64,000 nucleotides of DNA. It comes from an uncultured Elusimicrobia bacterium. GTDB lineage: Bacteria > Elusimicrobiota > Elusimicrobia > 2-01-FULL-59-12. This document shows, one piece after another, positions 18,022 through 26,536 of this stretch. The notes under the pieces were generated by a model. The model saw nothing but the letters and a program-made list of their open reading frames with translations, did no database searches and was not told the DNA's origin. A program made the translations under genes and the position numbers. Each line of letters starts with the position of its first letter. Position 1 is the stretch's first letter. Where the stretch lies: NCBI GenBank assembly GCA_964604825.1, contig CAZSAL010000007.1, forward strand, positions 128 to 64,127. The letters run 5' to 3'.

Positions 18022-19438
18022 TTACTGATCCTGCTTCCCGGCTTTCCTTCACCGAATCCGAAGCCAAAATGAGCCCATAAACAAGATAAGGGAACATTAA
18101 ATAGGTGTGGGAGAGAAACGACATCGCCACACCGTATCCGCCAAGGGCGTAAAGCTGCTCGGGCCTTTCTCTGCGATTGAGCCATGCCGCCTGCAATACC
18201 GTGAAAAAGAAAGCAATAAACAGAACCCCGCCCAGCACGCCGGATTCCGAAAAAGCCAGCAGCCAGCTTGAATGAACCGTCCGTTTCCCCGCCTCAAACT
18301 CCAGAGTCGGGCTGTAGGCCTCGTACTTTTCAGGGAACTGGTTGAATCCGACGCCTAAAAGCGGATTCGCAATAGTCATCTTTACCGCCGTCTTCCAGTA
18401 GGTTATGCGGCTCTCCCTGGATATTTCCATATCCTCCGCGCTTCTTTGCACTGTTCCTAGAATAAACAGATACCCTAAAAAAATTAAAGAAACCATTGAT
18501 ACCGCAAGCATTCGGCTTTTTCTGAATCCCCTTATGAATTGAAAACCTACGGCCTGCGCGACTATGCCCAGCAAAGCCCCCCGGGACCTCGAATACCAGA
18601 TAGTGAGCAGCGAAACTGCGCAGAATAATAATCCTGACAATCGCTGCGAAATTCCTTTTACCCTGCTGAAAAGAGGAGCAAGCGCCAGTGGAAGCGCAAT
18701 AACGCTCATCGCAGCCAGATCATTGGGATCAAGCATTGCTACGGCGCTGAGACGGCTCCTGGCGGCCAGGGGCGCGTCAGATGAAAAGAACTGATAAAAA
18801 CCGATGATTGCGACGGAAAATATGCCGAGTAAAATCGTGTACTTGAATTCCGAAACGCTCCTTTTGTTCTCGATAAAAAATGAACTCATAACAAAAACGA
18901 CCAGAGATTTGAAATAAATATCAAACCAGGTGGCCTGTGCATCGGTGATATTAGGAGTGACGAAAGTGGACAGGAACAACCATAGACTGAATGCCAGAAG
19001 AAAGAATAAAGCCCGGAATGTCAGTCTGCCTGGTTTGTGGTACTTCCAGGGATAGAGAATCCAGGAGACCAGGCATGTAAGCGCCATAATCCTGGGCAGC
19101 GCCAGCAGGAGATGATTCCCTGTAAGAATATCCCACGGTCTCAAAAACAACATCTGCACAAAAAAACACAGGGCATTGACCGGGTGGAGCAGCGCCAGGG
19201 TGAACCCAGCCGCCAATTCGAAAGCTAATAAAGGAGAAATATCTGAAAGAAAAGAACTGAAAACACAGGCAAGGATCAGGAACATTCCAAAAAGACCCAT
19301 AGCCTGCATCTGTCCGTTTCGGACAAAATGGGCCGGCTCCCTTGCGCGGCTCAACTGAGTCAAAACCAGCATGGCAAGAAAAGGAAGAAGCAGCCATGTT
19401 TCCAGATGCAGGTACTGGTAAGCGAGAGAAATGCTCAA
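18014..19438 (-). CDS. O-antigen polymerase/ligase family (Wzy_C) membrane protein
   Basis: 474 aa with at least 10 hydrophobic helices and a large loop containing RSRGALLG typical of the Wzy_C domain. Confidence 0.7.
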   Translation of the reverse strand: MSISLAYQYLHLETWLLLPFLAMLVLTQLSRAREPAHFVRNGQMQAMGLFGMFLILACVFSSFLSDISPLLAFELAAGFTLALLHPVNALCFFVQMLFLRPWDILTGNHLLLALPRIMALTCLVSWILYPWKYHKPGRLTFRALFFLLAFSLWLFLSTFVTPNITDAQATWFDIYFKSLVVFVMSSFFIENKRSVSEFKYTILLGIFSVAIIGFYQFFSSDAPLAARSRLSAVAMLDPNDLAAMSVIALPLALAPLFSRVKGISQRLSGLLFCAVSLLTIWYSRSRGALLGIVAQAVGFQFIRGFRKSRMLAVSMVSLIFLGYLFILGTVQRSAEDMEISRESRITYWKTAVKMTIANPLLGVGFNQFPEKYEAYSPTLEFEAGKRTVHSSWLLAFSESGVLGGVLFIAFFFTVLQAAWLNRRERPEQLYALGGYGVAMSFLSHTYLMFPYLVYGLILASDSVKESREAGSVSA

Positions 19439-19448
19439 GAATCAGCCC

Positions 19449-20678
19449 TCATTCTCTGACCGGCACACGCTGCAGATACATCTCCCGTGCCAAACCCCAT
19501 GAAATAACGGGCAATTTTCCCAACATTGCGATGCCCAGATATTCCGATAAGCCTGTGGTATGAAGAGCAGCGCGATGAAAATATTCACGGATTGCCGCAT
19601 AAAAGAATGTCCCTGCCAGCCCTACGGCCATGCCCCAGAGAACAAAAAGGCCCTTCTTGGGCCAGAGAGGAGCGGCGGGGTACAGAGGACTTTCCAGAAT
19701 AGCGATATAACTATTTTGATCGGAATCTAAAAAGACGGCGAGGTAATTCAATTTTTTCGTTAAATCCTTGTAGATCTCCATGAGCGCTTCCCGCGGCAAC
19801 TGGACGGATAACGGAGTCTCCTGATGAAGTGCGCCAATCGGTTGAGGAGCAGCCGAATTGCCGACCAGTTCGCTGAGAGCCTTTTCTCTTTCCCTGAGTT
19901 CCTTTATCAGCGGATGTTCTTCCGTATAACGAACAGTCATAACGCGAAGTTCATTGCGGACATCTTCAAGTTCCTGGTCGACCTTTTGAGGGCCTACGAC
20001 AACAGGGGCAACCGCTGCTCCCGGAGTCGCCGCATCGAGGGCCGGCATACTGGCCGCCAGCGACTCCAGCCGCTTTTGAATGGCTGAATGAAGAGCGTTT
20101 AGATCATTTTTCCGGATTGTCGTAAGGCCGCGCAAAACCTGAGCGTAAATGTCCTGCGTAACTTTGAAAGCCACATCGGGATCAGAATAAAGGAAGCTGA
20201 TCTTAAACGTGTCGGGGTTGATGTTTAACACATCAATGCGGGACATCAACTCTTCGCGTTCCATAGAACGAGCCCTCATTTCTCTAATGCTCGGTTGAAT
20301 GGGCTTTTTTCTCCCAAGCATGCTCATAAATCGCTCAACCAGCCCGCCGCTTGATATGGAGCGGTACATACCGTACTTCTTGCCAAGGGAATCTACAAAT
20401 TCCGGAGACAGCGACTGCCGTATTAATGATTCCCTCTGCGACTTCATTTCGGATGTATCGAAAATATCGGCCATCAGGTCATGCGTCAGGGGATTCTGGA
20501 AATAGCTGGAATGGATCGCCATTACAAATGAAACCTTGAACTTTTTTGGGATCATGTACGACGCCATGATAAAAAGCGCCATGAAACAGAGTGTCCCCGT
20601 CACTATTAAGCGGCGGTATTCTGAAAACAACCCGTAGATATCTGCCAATTGGATTGATGCCTGTGTTGTAGGATTCAT
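19449..20678 (-). CDS. Polysaccharide co-polymerase (Wzz/GumC-like chain-length determinant)
   Basis: 409 aa. N-terminal TM (LCFMALFIMASYMIPKKF), a central coiled-coil-like region, and a C-terminal TM (LFVLWGMAVGLAGTFFYAAI). Confidence 0.65.
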   Translation of the reverse strand: MNPTTQASIQLADIYGLFSEYRRLIVTGTLCFMALFIMASYMIPKKFKVSFVMAIHSSYFQNPLTHDLMADIFDTSEMKSQRESLIRQSLSPEFVDSLGKKYGMYRSISSGGLVERFMSMLGRKKPIQPSIREMRARSMEREELMSRIDVLNINPDTFKISFLYSDPDVAFKVTQDIYAQVLRGLTTIRKNDLNALHSAIQKRLESLAASMPALDAATPGAAVAPVVVGPQKVDQELEDVRNELRVMTVRYTEEHPLIKELREREKALSELVGNSAAPQPIGALHQETPLSVQLPREALMEIYKDLTKKLNYLAVFLDSDQNSYIAILESPLYPAAPLWPKKGLFVLWGMAVGLAGTFFYAAIREYFHRAALHTTGLSEYLGIAMLGKLPVISWGLAREMYLQRVPVRE

Positions 20679-21406
20679 ATGGAAAACTCCTCATTTGAAA
20701 TCATCCCGATCAAATTGATCAGGGGATCCTTTAGTATCCGTAGATGCCCATCCAGATTCGCGTCATTTAACAACTGCTTACTAACGACCAGAACGGAAGC
20801 GTCTGCCATTCTCGCCACCAGCAGCGGATCGATGTTCCCCTTGTTCTGCGCCAAAAGCGGCGCAGTATCGAGAAGGATAAGGCCGTACTGCTCAGCCCTT
20901 TCTTCCACCATCTCTCTCACAATAGATTGATCACTTTTTCTTTTTATCATCACGGTAACGGCGCCATCCATTACGCTGTCCGCTTCCAGCGCATGCGGCA
21001 TATGTTTCTGACCGCCATTAGCGCCGTTGCCGTTCCCGTTCCCGTTCCCGCTTCCGCTTCCGTTGGATCCTCTTTTGTACTCTTCAACGGAAATAAAATC
21101 GATCATCGGATGCGGCGGATTAAAGCATTGCTTCAATACCAATGACTGCGGATTTTTACGCGTTGTCGTGTCCACAAGGAGGACTTTGTTCTGCCCGCTG
21201 TCATCGATATAGGCCCTGGCCATCGCCGCGCAGAAAAGAGTCTTCCCTTCCCCGGGGAAGAAGCTCAAAACCGCTAAAAACCGAAAAGGTTTTTTCCGCT
21301 GAAGCATCATGACGTTATCTGTCAACCGTTTCATCTCTGCATACTGAACGACAGTATCAAGTTGACTGCCTAGCGTCAGAATTGACGAACGTAATTGAGC
21401 CTTCAT
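20675..21406 (-). CDS. BY-kinase-like P-loop ATPase (CpsD/CapB-type) without a tyrosine-rich tail
   Basis: 243 aa. Walker A FFPGEGKT, A' LLVDTTTR, B ILLDTAPL. The C-terminus ...MISNEEFSI has no Tyr cluster. There is an internal GSNGSGSGNGNGNGNGANGG insert. Confidence 0.65.
   Translation of the reverse strand: MKAQLRSSILTLGSQLDTVVQYAEMKRLTDNVMMLQRKKPFRFLAVLSFFPGEGKTLFCAAMARAYIDDSGQNKVLLVDTTTRKNPQSLVLKQCFNPPHPMIDFISVEEYKRGSNGSGSGNGNGNGNGANGGQKHMPHALEADSVMDGAVTVMIKRKSDQSIVREMVEERAEQYGLILLDTAPLLAQNKGNIDPLLVARMADASVLVVSKQLLNDANLDGHLRILKDPLINLIGMISNEEFSI
21023..21064. repeat. Seven tandem hexamers (NCCGYT) encoding a Gly/Asn/Ser low-complexity insert
   Basis: gccgtt gccgtt cccgtt cccgtt cccgct tccgct tccgtt, read directly. 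The repeat is in frame. Confidence 0.9.
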
Positions 21407-21420
21407 AAGCTGCCTCCCTC

Positions 21421-21460
21421 ACCATTGCTCTCTCCTGAAATGGGAGAGGGAATCAATGGT
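21421..21460 (-). other. Intercistronic hairpin between the wza-like and kinase-like genes
   Basis: ACCATTG-c-TCTCTCC-tgaaatg-GGAGAGG-gaat-CAATGGT. Both arm pairs are complementary. Confidence 0.6.
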
Positions 21461-21481
21461 TTTGCATTTCCCTTTTAAAGA

Positions 21482-22519
21482 TCACAGTTCTCTAGCCAGC
21501 ACAACCGCCGTTGCGACACCCGCAAGAGCCGCAAGCACACTGGAGAATATCGTAATGCGCCGTTCCGCTCTTGTTTCCTTGTCGGCATGGACAAGCACCA
21601 CATCCCCTTCGTGCGGGGCCGGAGCGCGCCCCAGGTTATCCCAGGAAAATTCATAGACCTGCAGACGCCCTTCAGTGCGCCGGATCACTTCAATCCGGTT
21701 AAGATCCGCTGACTCCGTGAATCCGTTTGCCTGCGTGAAGAAATCCAGGAAGTCATATCCCGACTTGGCGGAATATTCGCCCGGTTTTCTGACTTCGCCA
21801 AGAACGTATATCGGCAGTGGATAATACGTCGAGGTGCTTTTTTGCGCAATGTCCGAAAGATCCTTCTGGAAAAATACCTGTTCGCCTCCGAGCCACGCTA
21901 CAATTTGCGGGCGCTCTTCGCCTTTGCTCAAATACTGATCAAGATCGAGCACCTGCATCCTTTGCCCTTTCTGGATCCGCACAAATCGCGGCATAGATTC
22001 TTTGCTCAATCCACCTGCTGCGGCGATTAATTCATCAAGCGAAGAATTCTGATCGACCAAGTAACGCCCCGGCTTAACGACGAGCCCGCGGACATCTACC
22101 CAGTAACGTCTCTCTTTCACGTGAAGTTTTACCATCGATGACGTTTTAAAATACGGGCGGTATAATTCCGTCAGCTTTTTTTCAAGGGACGACAAAGTCA
22201 TTCCCATGGTGTTGACAGTCATGTCATATGGCAGCTGCAAATTGCCGTCAAAATCTACACGGAAGTCTCCATTTAACTTCGGGTCGTCCGGAACGCGCAT
22301 GTTCAGCAGGAAGCCGGGAGCGATTAAGGGGTCGGTAACCTGAGGCCCCTGAGCTTCTGCCCCCCACCGGGCCGATGAGACAGTATCTACCGGCTTGGAT
22401 TTGTTTTGAGTTCCAAGATCGTGCCACACATACTGCGACCGCACGCTGCAGGCAGTCAGCGAAAAAACAAGAGTGCAGGATATAAAGACTTTCCAGGGTT
22501 CTCGGTTTGTTGGGGGCAT
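21482..22519 (-). CDS. Polysaccharide export outer-membrane lipoprotein (Wza-like: Poly_export + SLBB)
   Basis: Lipobox LVFSLTAC. PGDVL-type motif DFRVDFDGNLQLPY. SLBB-like repeats. C-terminal hydrophobic helix FSSVLAALAGVATAVVLA. I prefer the ATG at 22519 because AGGAGA lies 7 nt upstream. The TTG at 22546 lies inside the GGCGGA-box element. Confidence 0.75.
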   Translation of the reverse strand: MPPTNREPWKVFISCTLVFSLTACSVRSQYVWHDLGTQNKSKPVDTVSSARWGAEAQGPQVTDPLIAPGFLLNMRVPDDPKLNGDFRVDFDGNLQLPYDMTVNTMGMTLSSLEKKLTELYRPYFKTSSMVKLHVKERRYWVDVRGLVVKPGRYLVDQNSSLDELIAAAGGLSKESMPRFVRIQKGQRMQVLDLDQYLSKGEERPQIVAWLGGEQVFFQKDLSDIAQKSTSTYYPLPIYVLGEVRKPGEYSAKSGYDFLDFFTQANGFTESADLNRIEVIRRTEGRLQVYEFSWDNLGRAPAPHEGDVVLVHADKETRAERRITIFSSVLAALAGVATAVVLAREL

Positions 22520-22537
22520 TTTCATTTCTCCTTTTTT

Positions 22538-22601
22538 ATCCGCCAATAAAACGCCGGCGGATCCGCCAACGACTCAGTGGTTGATAAGCCTCAATGGCGG
22601 A
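22538..22601 (-). promoter_or_regulatory. GGCGGA-box twin-hairpin element in the 83-nt intercistronic gap upstream of the wza-like gene
   Basis: Minus-strand RNA: UCCGCCA-N26-UGGCGGA UCCGCC-N11-GGCGGA, followed by AUAAAAAAGGAGA and the ATG. The core GGCGGATCCGCCAACGACT is identical to the copy at 44801-44819. Confidence 0.7.
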
Positions 22602-22602
22602 C

Positions 22603-25227
22603 TTATAAAGCGGCATAAACATTTTCTGGCATTTCTTTCTCCGGGACTTCCCACATGGAATCAAACACGTTCACATATGAAGTGGCCATAGCTTCTTCGG
22701 ACCATCTTTCCCGGAGAATGGTTGCTGCGTTCCAGCGTTTCTGAAAGAACGAAGGACTTCCTTCTTTTTTCATTTCACCGATGATCTCGATAATTTTTTT
22801 TGCACCCTCAACGGGCTTTTCAGGATTGAAGTAATAAGCCCAGGATTTCAAAAACGAATGCCCGGGGATGTCGCTTAATAGAGCAGGCAGGCCTGATCCA
22901 GCAGCTTCGAGAGGCGCCAGCGGCATCCCCTCGTGCCGTGATCCTGAGACAAAAATATCAGCGGCCTGCAACCACTGCTGAGGATGACGGGAAGGCCCAA
23001 CGATAAATATTCGTTCCGAATCGGGAGATCTCCTGATTTTTTGTTGAACGAATATTGCGCACCCCTTTTCCGTCTCGGGGCCCACAAAAAACATTGCCAG
23101 TTCCGATCGGATTTCACGCGGCAATGCGCACCACACATCGAGAGCGATATCCTGTCCTTTGCCGTGATGGAGGCGCGCCAAATACAGGATCCACTTAGTC
23201 TTTAAAATGCTTCGATCCGCGCCAGGCATTAACATTCTCCTCAACGCCAACTTCTCATCTTCTTTAATAAGCGGCGCCGAAAAGGAAACCCCATTGGGCA
23301 CGATATCAATGCGTTCCGGATCTATGCCTAACTCGATAAGGCCGTCTTTGACGTTTCTGGAGACGGCTACTATGCGGTCGGCAAAGCGAAGAAAACATTT
23401 GAAATAGAACCTGTATCTGTCGCTTTGATTAACCTGCAGAAGGGTATGGAGCGTGACCACGAGTTCCACACGCCCCATCGAAAGGCATTTAGCCAGACTG
23501 CCATAAATGAGGGGGCCAAGATCGTGAACATGAAGAATCCGTCTGTTCTCAAGGAAGATTTCTTTTATCAGCTTAAATACGACAGCCGGCGAGAAACCCG
23601 GCTTTTTCTCCCATTGGATGAGAGGGACTCTCGCCTCTCCGAATTGCCCCGCAAGCGAAGAATCATCGCTGTCCTCAAGTCGATCATAGGCAGCCACCGC
23701 AGGGACAAACCGCTCCGTATGATTCAGCGCCCGCGATAAAGATAAAACCATGCGTTCCAAACCGCCGACGTTCGGGAACTGCACTAACTCAAGGATGTGG
23801 ACAGGTTGAGAGACCGTTTTTTTGGATCGCACGGTCAGCCAGTAAGCTCCCCACAGATACAAGACGGCAAAAAGCGCCCCGGAGACAAAAAACCAATCCT
23901 TCTCACTGGCGAAAACCGGGCGCAGCGACAATGAGACGGCTCCGGCAGATAGAACAAGTGCGGTTTGAATGGCCATATTTCTCAATGGAAGGAACTGAGA
24001 ATAGGGAACGGCAAACCAGCGTCTTTGATAATAGAGTGAATATGCCCGGATTAACGCCTGGACGGTCAGAAATGCGATCAACGCGCCCATGGCGCCCCAA
24101 TGAGTGGCGGAAATCCACGTTGCACAAATGGACAAGGGCGCAAAAATCAGAGCCATCCTTAATATCCAGACTCCATCACCTTTCGCGCGGGCAGCGCCAT
24201 CGTAGGGGATGGACATAATCAAATAGAACAAGGCATAGAAACGGAGATAGTGCGCCGCGGCAATGTATCGGTCCGTAAAAAGAATTCGGATGATCGGGTG
24301 AGAGAAAATAATCAACCCCGCGGTTGCGGGCAAAAGAATACGGAATAGTTCCTCGACGCTTTCCGACATCAATTTGGCGCCGTTCTTTAATTCCTTTGCT
24401 GCAAAACAATGGGAAAGGCGCGGGATCATAACCCGGTTGACGGACATTTCAAGCACCTGCAGAGGAGGGATACTGAGACATCCCATGGCATAAAAGGCAA
24501 ACTCTGCCGGATGAAGCCGGATTGAAAGAATAACCTGGTCGACATTCTGCAGAGCGAAGCCGGAGAGAGCCGCTATGGACACAGGAAAAGCATAATGCAG
24601 GACTTTTGAAGATTTTTCTGCCGAATAAAAAAGTCTGACATCTCCGGACCTGCGATGAAGGAACCATCCAACAAAAGCGCGCAGGATCGTTGCCCCCAGA
24701 AAAGCCCCCAGGACCCATTCAATAGTTCTCCCCCACCATGCAGCTGCCATTACAGCCGCCGCTCGAAAGACCTGAGTTCCCGACCCGTAAAAAGACCCTT
24801 TCCATATATCCCCGCGAGCAATCAACAGATCTTCAAAAAACACGGAACAGAGGCTGAAAGGACACAAATAAAGGAATAGCAGCAGGTCCGTTTTGGACAT
24901 CTTGAGCAGAGGAGCCAGCCATGGTGAAATCGATAACGAAAGCGAAACGACCAGCAGGGTGATTACCAGGAACCACGTCCAGCTCTGTCTGACCTCCGTC
25001 TTTGTTTGAGGATATTTACCGCCCCAGTGATACAAACCGTTGGTTAATCCGCCAACCAGGAATATTCCCGGGCTAAGCATCACATAAAGAAAAAATATCT
25101 TGTACCGGCCAACCTGATCGGGGGACATGATTCGGACCAGGGCGATCGGCAGGAAAAGATTAAAAAGCGTAGCTGCGCCGTTTGTTAATGAAATGGGCCA
25201 GTGAGCTGAAATCCTTTTATCTTCCAC
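22603..25227 (-). CDS. Wzx-type (MOP superfamily) flippase fused to a glycosyltransferase family 4 domain
   Basis: 874 aa. Residues about 1-480 are polytopic and polysaccharide-biosynthesis-protein-like. From VHILELVQFPNVGGLERMV onward the protein is GT4 and carries the signature SRHEGMPLAPLEAAGSGLPALLSDIPG. Confidence 0.75.
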   Translation of the reverse strand: MEDKRISAHWPISLTNGAATLFNLFLPIALVRIMSPDQVGRYKIFFLYVMLSPGIFLVGGLTNGLYHWGGKYPQTKTEVRQSWTWFLVITLLVVSLSLSISPWLAPLLKMSKTDLLLFLYLCPFSLCSVFFEDLLIARGDIWKGSFYGSGTQVFRAAAVMAAAWWGRTIEWVLGAFLGATILRAFVGWFLHRRSGDVRLFYSAEKSSKVLHYAFPVSIAALSGFALQNVDQVILSIRLHPAEFAFYAMGCLSIPPLQVLEMSVNRVMIPRLSHCFAAKELKNGAKLMSESVEELFRILLPATAGLIIFSHPIIRILFTDRYIAAAHYLRFYALFYLIMSIPYDGAARAKGDGVWILRMALIFAPLSICATWISATHWGAMGALIAFLTVQALIRAYSLYYQRRWFAVPYSQFLPLRNMAIQTALVLSAGAVSLSLRPVFASEKDWFFVSGALFAVLYLWGAYWLTVRSKKTVSQPVHILELVQFPNVGGLERMVLSLSRALNHTERFVPAVAAYDRLEDSDDSSLAGQFGEARVPLIQWEKKPGFSPAVVFKLIKEIFLENRRILHVHDLGPLIYGSLAKCLSMGRVELVVTLHTLLQVNQSDRYRFYFKCFLRFADRIVAVSRNVKDGLIELGIDPERIDIVPNGVSFSAPLIKEDEKLALRRMLMPGADRSILKTKWILYLARLHHGKGQDIALDVWCALPREIRSELAMFFVGPETEKGCAIFVQQKIRRSPDSERIFIVGPSRHPQQWLQAADIFVSGSRHEGMPLAPLEAAGSGLPALLSDIPGHSFLKSWAYYFNPEKPVEGAKKIIEIIGEMKKEGSPSFFQKRWNAATILRERWSEEAMATSYVNVFDSMWEVPEKEMPENVYAAL

Positions 25228-26536
25228 TGTTCCCCCGAATTATCAGAGCAAGAGTATTCACCAGCGAACGGAGGTCAAGGCGAGGCGACATGTTCTGAAC
25301 GTAATAAAGGTCATATTCCAGTTTGGTCCGGCATTCATCAACAGAGGCGGCATATCCCTGCATTACCTGCGCCCACCCCGTGACGCCCGGCCTTACCAGA
25401 AGGCGCAGGGAGAATAGAGGAATTTCCTGGTTAAGGATCTGATAGAACTCAGGACGTTCCGGTCTGGGCCCGACAAAGCTCAACTCGCCATGGATTACAT
25501 TCAACAGTTGGGGAAGCTCATCCAGGCGGGCGGAACGGAGCCATCTCCCAAACGCGGTTGTCCGGGGATCATCCTTGGATGCCCAGCATGGGCCGGATTC
25601 TTCCGCGCAATTGGACATGGTTCGGAATTTTAGGAGGAAGAATCGCTCCCCAAGATAACCCAGCCTTTCCTGGCGATAGAGAACCGGCCAGCCGCTGGTT
25701 ACCCATATTCCAAACGCTATCAGAATCCACAACGGCATGAGCAGTATCAGGAGAAAAAGCGCCAGAACCGGCTCCAAAAAAGCTTTAAGATGAAAATAGC
25801 AGCGGATAATAAAATTCTGATGCAAGGCGCCCTGAATGAATGTCCAGGCATCTGCATTACGCAGGTCGAAACGACAGCGTAATTCCTTAAGCAGTTGGCG
25901 GAAATCGACGATTTTTTGCCCGCGGAGATGAATCGAAAGGAGATTTCGATGATCCCGCAGATCATGCACGGCCCCTCTTGAAATAACCAGGGTTTCATTG
26001 CCTGCCAATGTCACAGTTCCGCCATCAGACGGATTGACCGGCATAACCCTGATCCAGTTAGAAGCTCCAGATTGGGCAATTTCTGCGCCCAGGATTTCCA
26101 TTTCTTCGGGCTGCAGGCAGGCAGCCAGCACCCATCTTCTGCCTGCAGCGCAATGTAATTTGAACGTAACCCACTGCGATAATTCGAAAACCAGCGCGAC
26201 CCAGATGGAGATGCGGAAAATATCGTGATAGGGGATTGGAGATCCTTTAACGACCCACATTATCAGCCTGCTGGAAAGTACGGCTGAAAAGGGCAGGACA
26301 AGAAGTAGGCTTACAATTCCGCTCAATTCCGGCTGAACAGTGTAACGCTCAAAATATCCCATCAGGTTTAATGAGACCATTAGAATTGCGGTGGTCAGCA
26401 GAACCCAGAAGACAAAGAGGGCGGGAGGATTGTGAATCGTCAGGAAAAAAGTTCCAAATGCGAACCAGCTGGCCACCAGCACAAAAATGTCCGCTTTTAG
26501 TCCCATCCCCAGCCTGCTTTCCATGCTCAGGCTCAT
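25217..26536 (-). CDS. Polyprenyl-phosphate hexose-1-phosphate transferase (WbaP/Bac_transf family), initiating enzyme
   Basis: 439 aa. N-terminal TMs. Catalytic domain motifs KFRTM, DELPQLLNVIHGELSFVGPRPERPEF, PGVTGWAQV. Confidence 0.85.
   Translation of the reverse strand: MSLSMESRLGMGLKADIFVLVASWFAFGTFFLTIHNPPALFVFWVLLTTAILMVSLNLMGYFERYTVQPELSGIVSLLLVLPFSAVLSSRLIMWVVKGSPIPYHDIFRISIWVALVFELSQWVTFKLHCAAGRRWVLAACLQPEEMEILGAEIAQSGASNWIRVMPVNPSDGGTVTLAGNETLVISRGAVHDLRDHRNLLSIHLRGQKIVDFRQLLKELRCRFDLRNADAWTFIQGALHQNFIIRCYFHLKAFLEPVLALFLLILLMPLWILIAFGIWVTSGWPVLYRQERLGYLGERFFLLKFRTMSNCAEESGPCWASKDDPRTTAFGRWLRSARLDELPQLLNVIHGELSFVGPRPERPEFYQILNQEIPLFSLRLLVRPGVTGWAQVMQGYAASVDECRTKLEYDLYYVQNMSPRLDLRSLVNTLALIIRGNSGR

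Noticed and set aside
22538-22601. TGGCGGA boxes as sigma-54 promoters (TGGCAC-N5-TTGC).
   Set aside because: The GG/GC dinucleotide spacing and the TTGC element are absent. The boxes always occur as inverted pairs, which fits hairpins or palindromic operators better.
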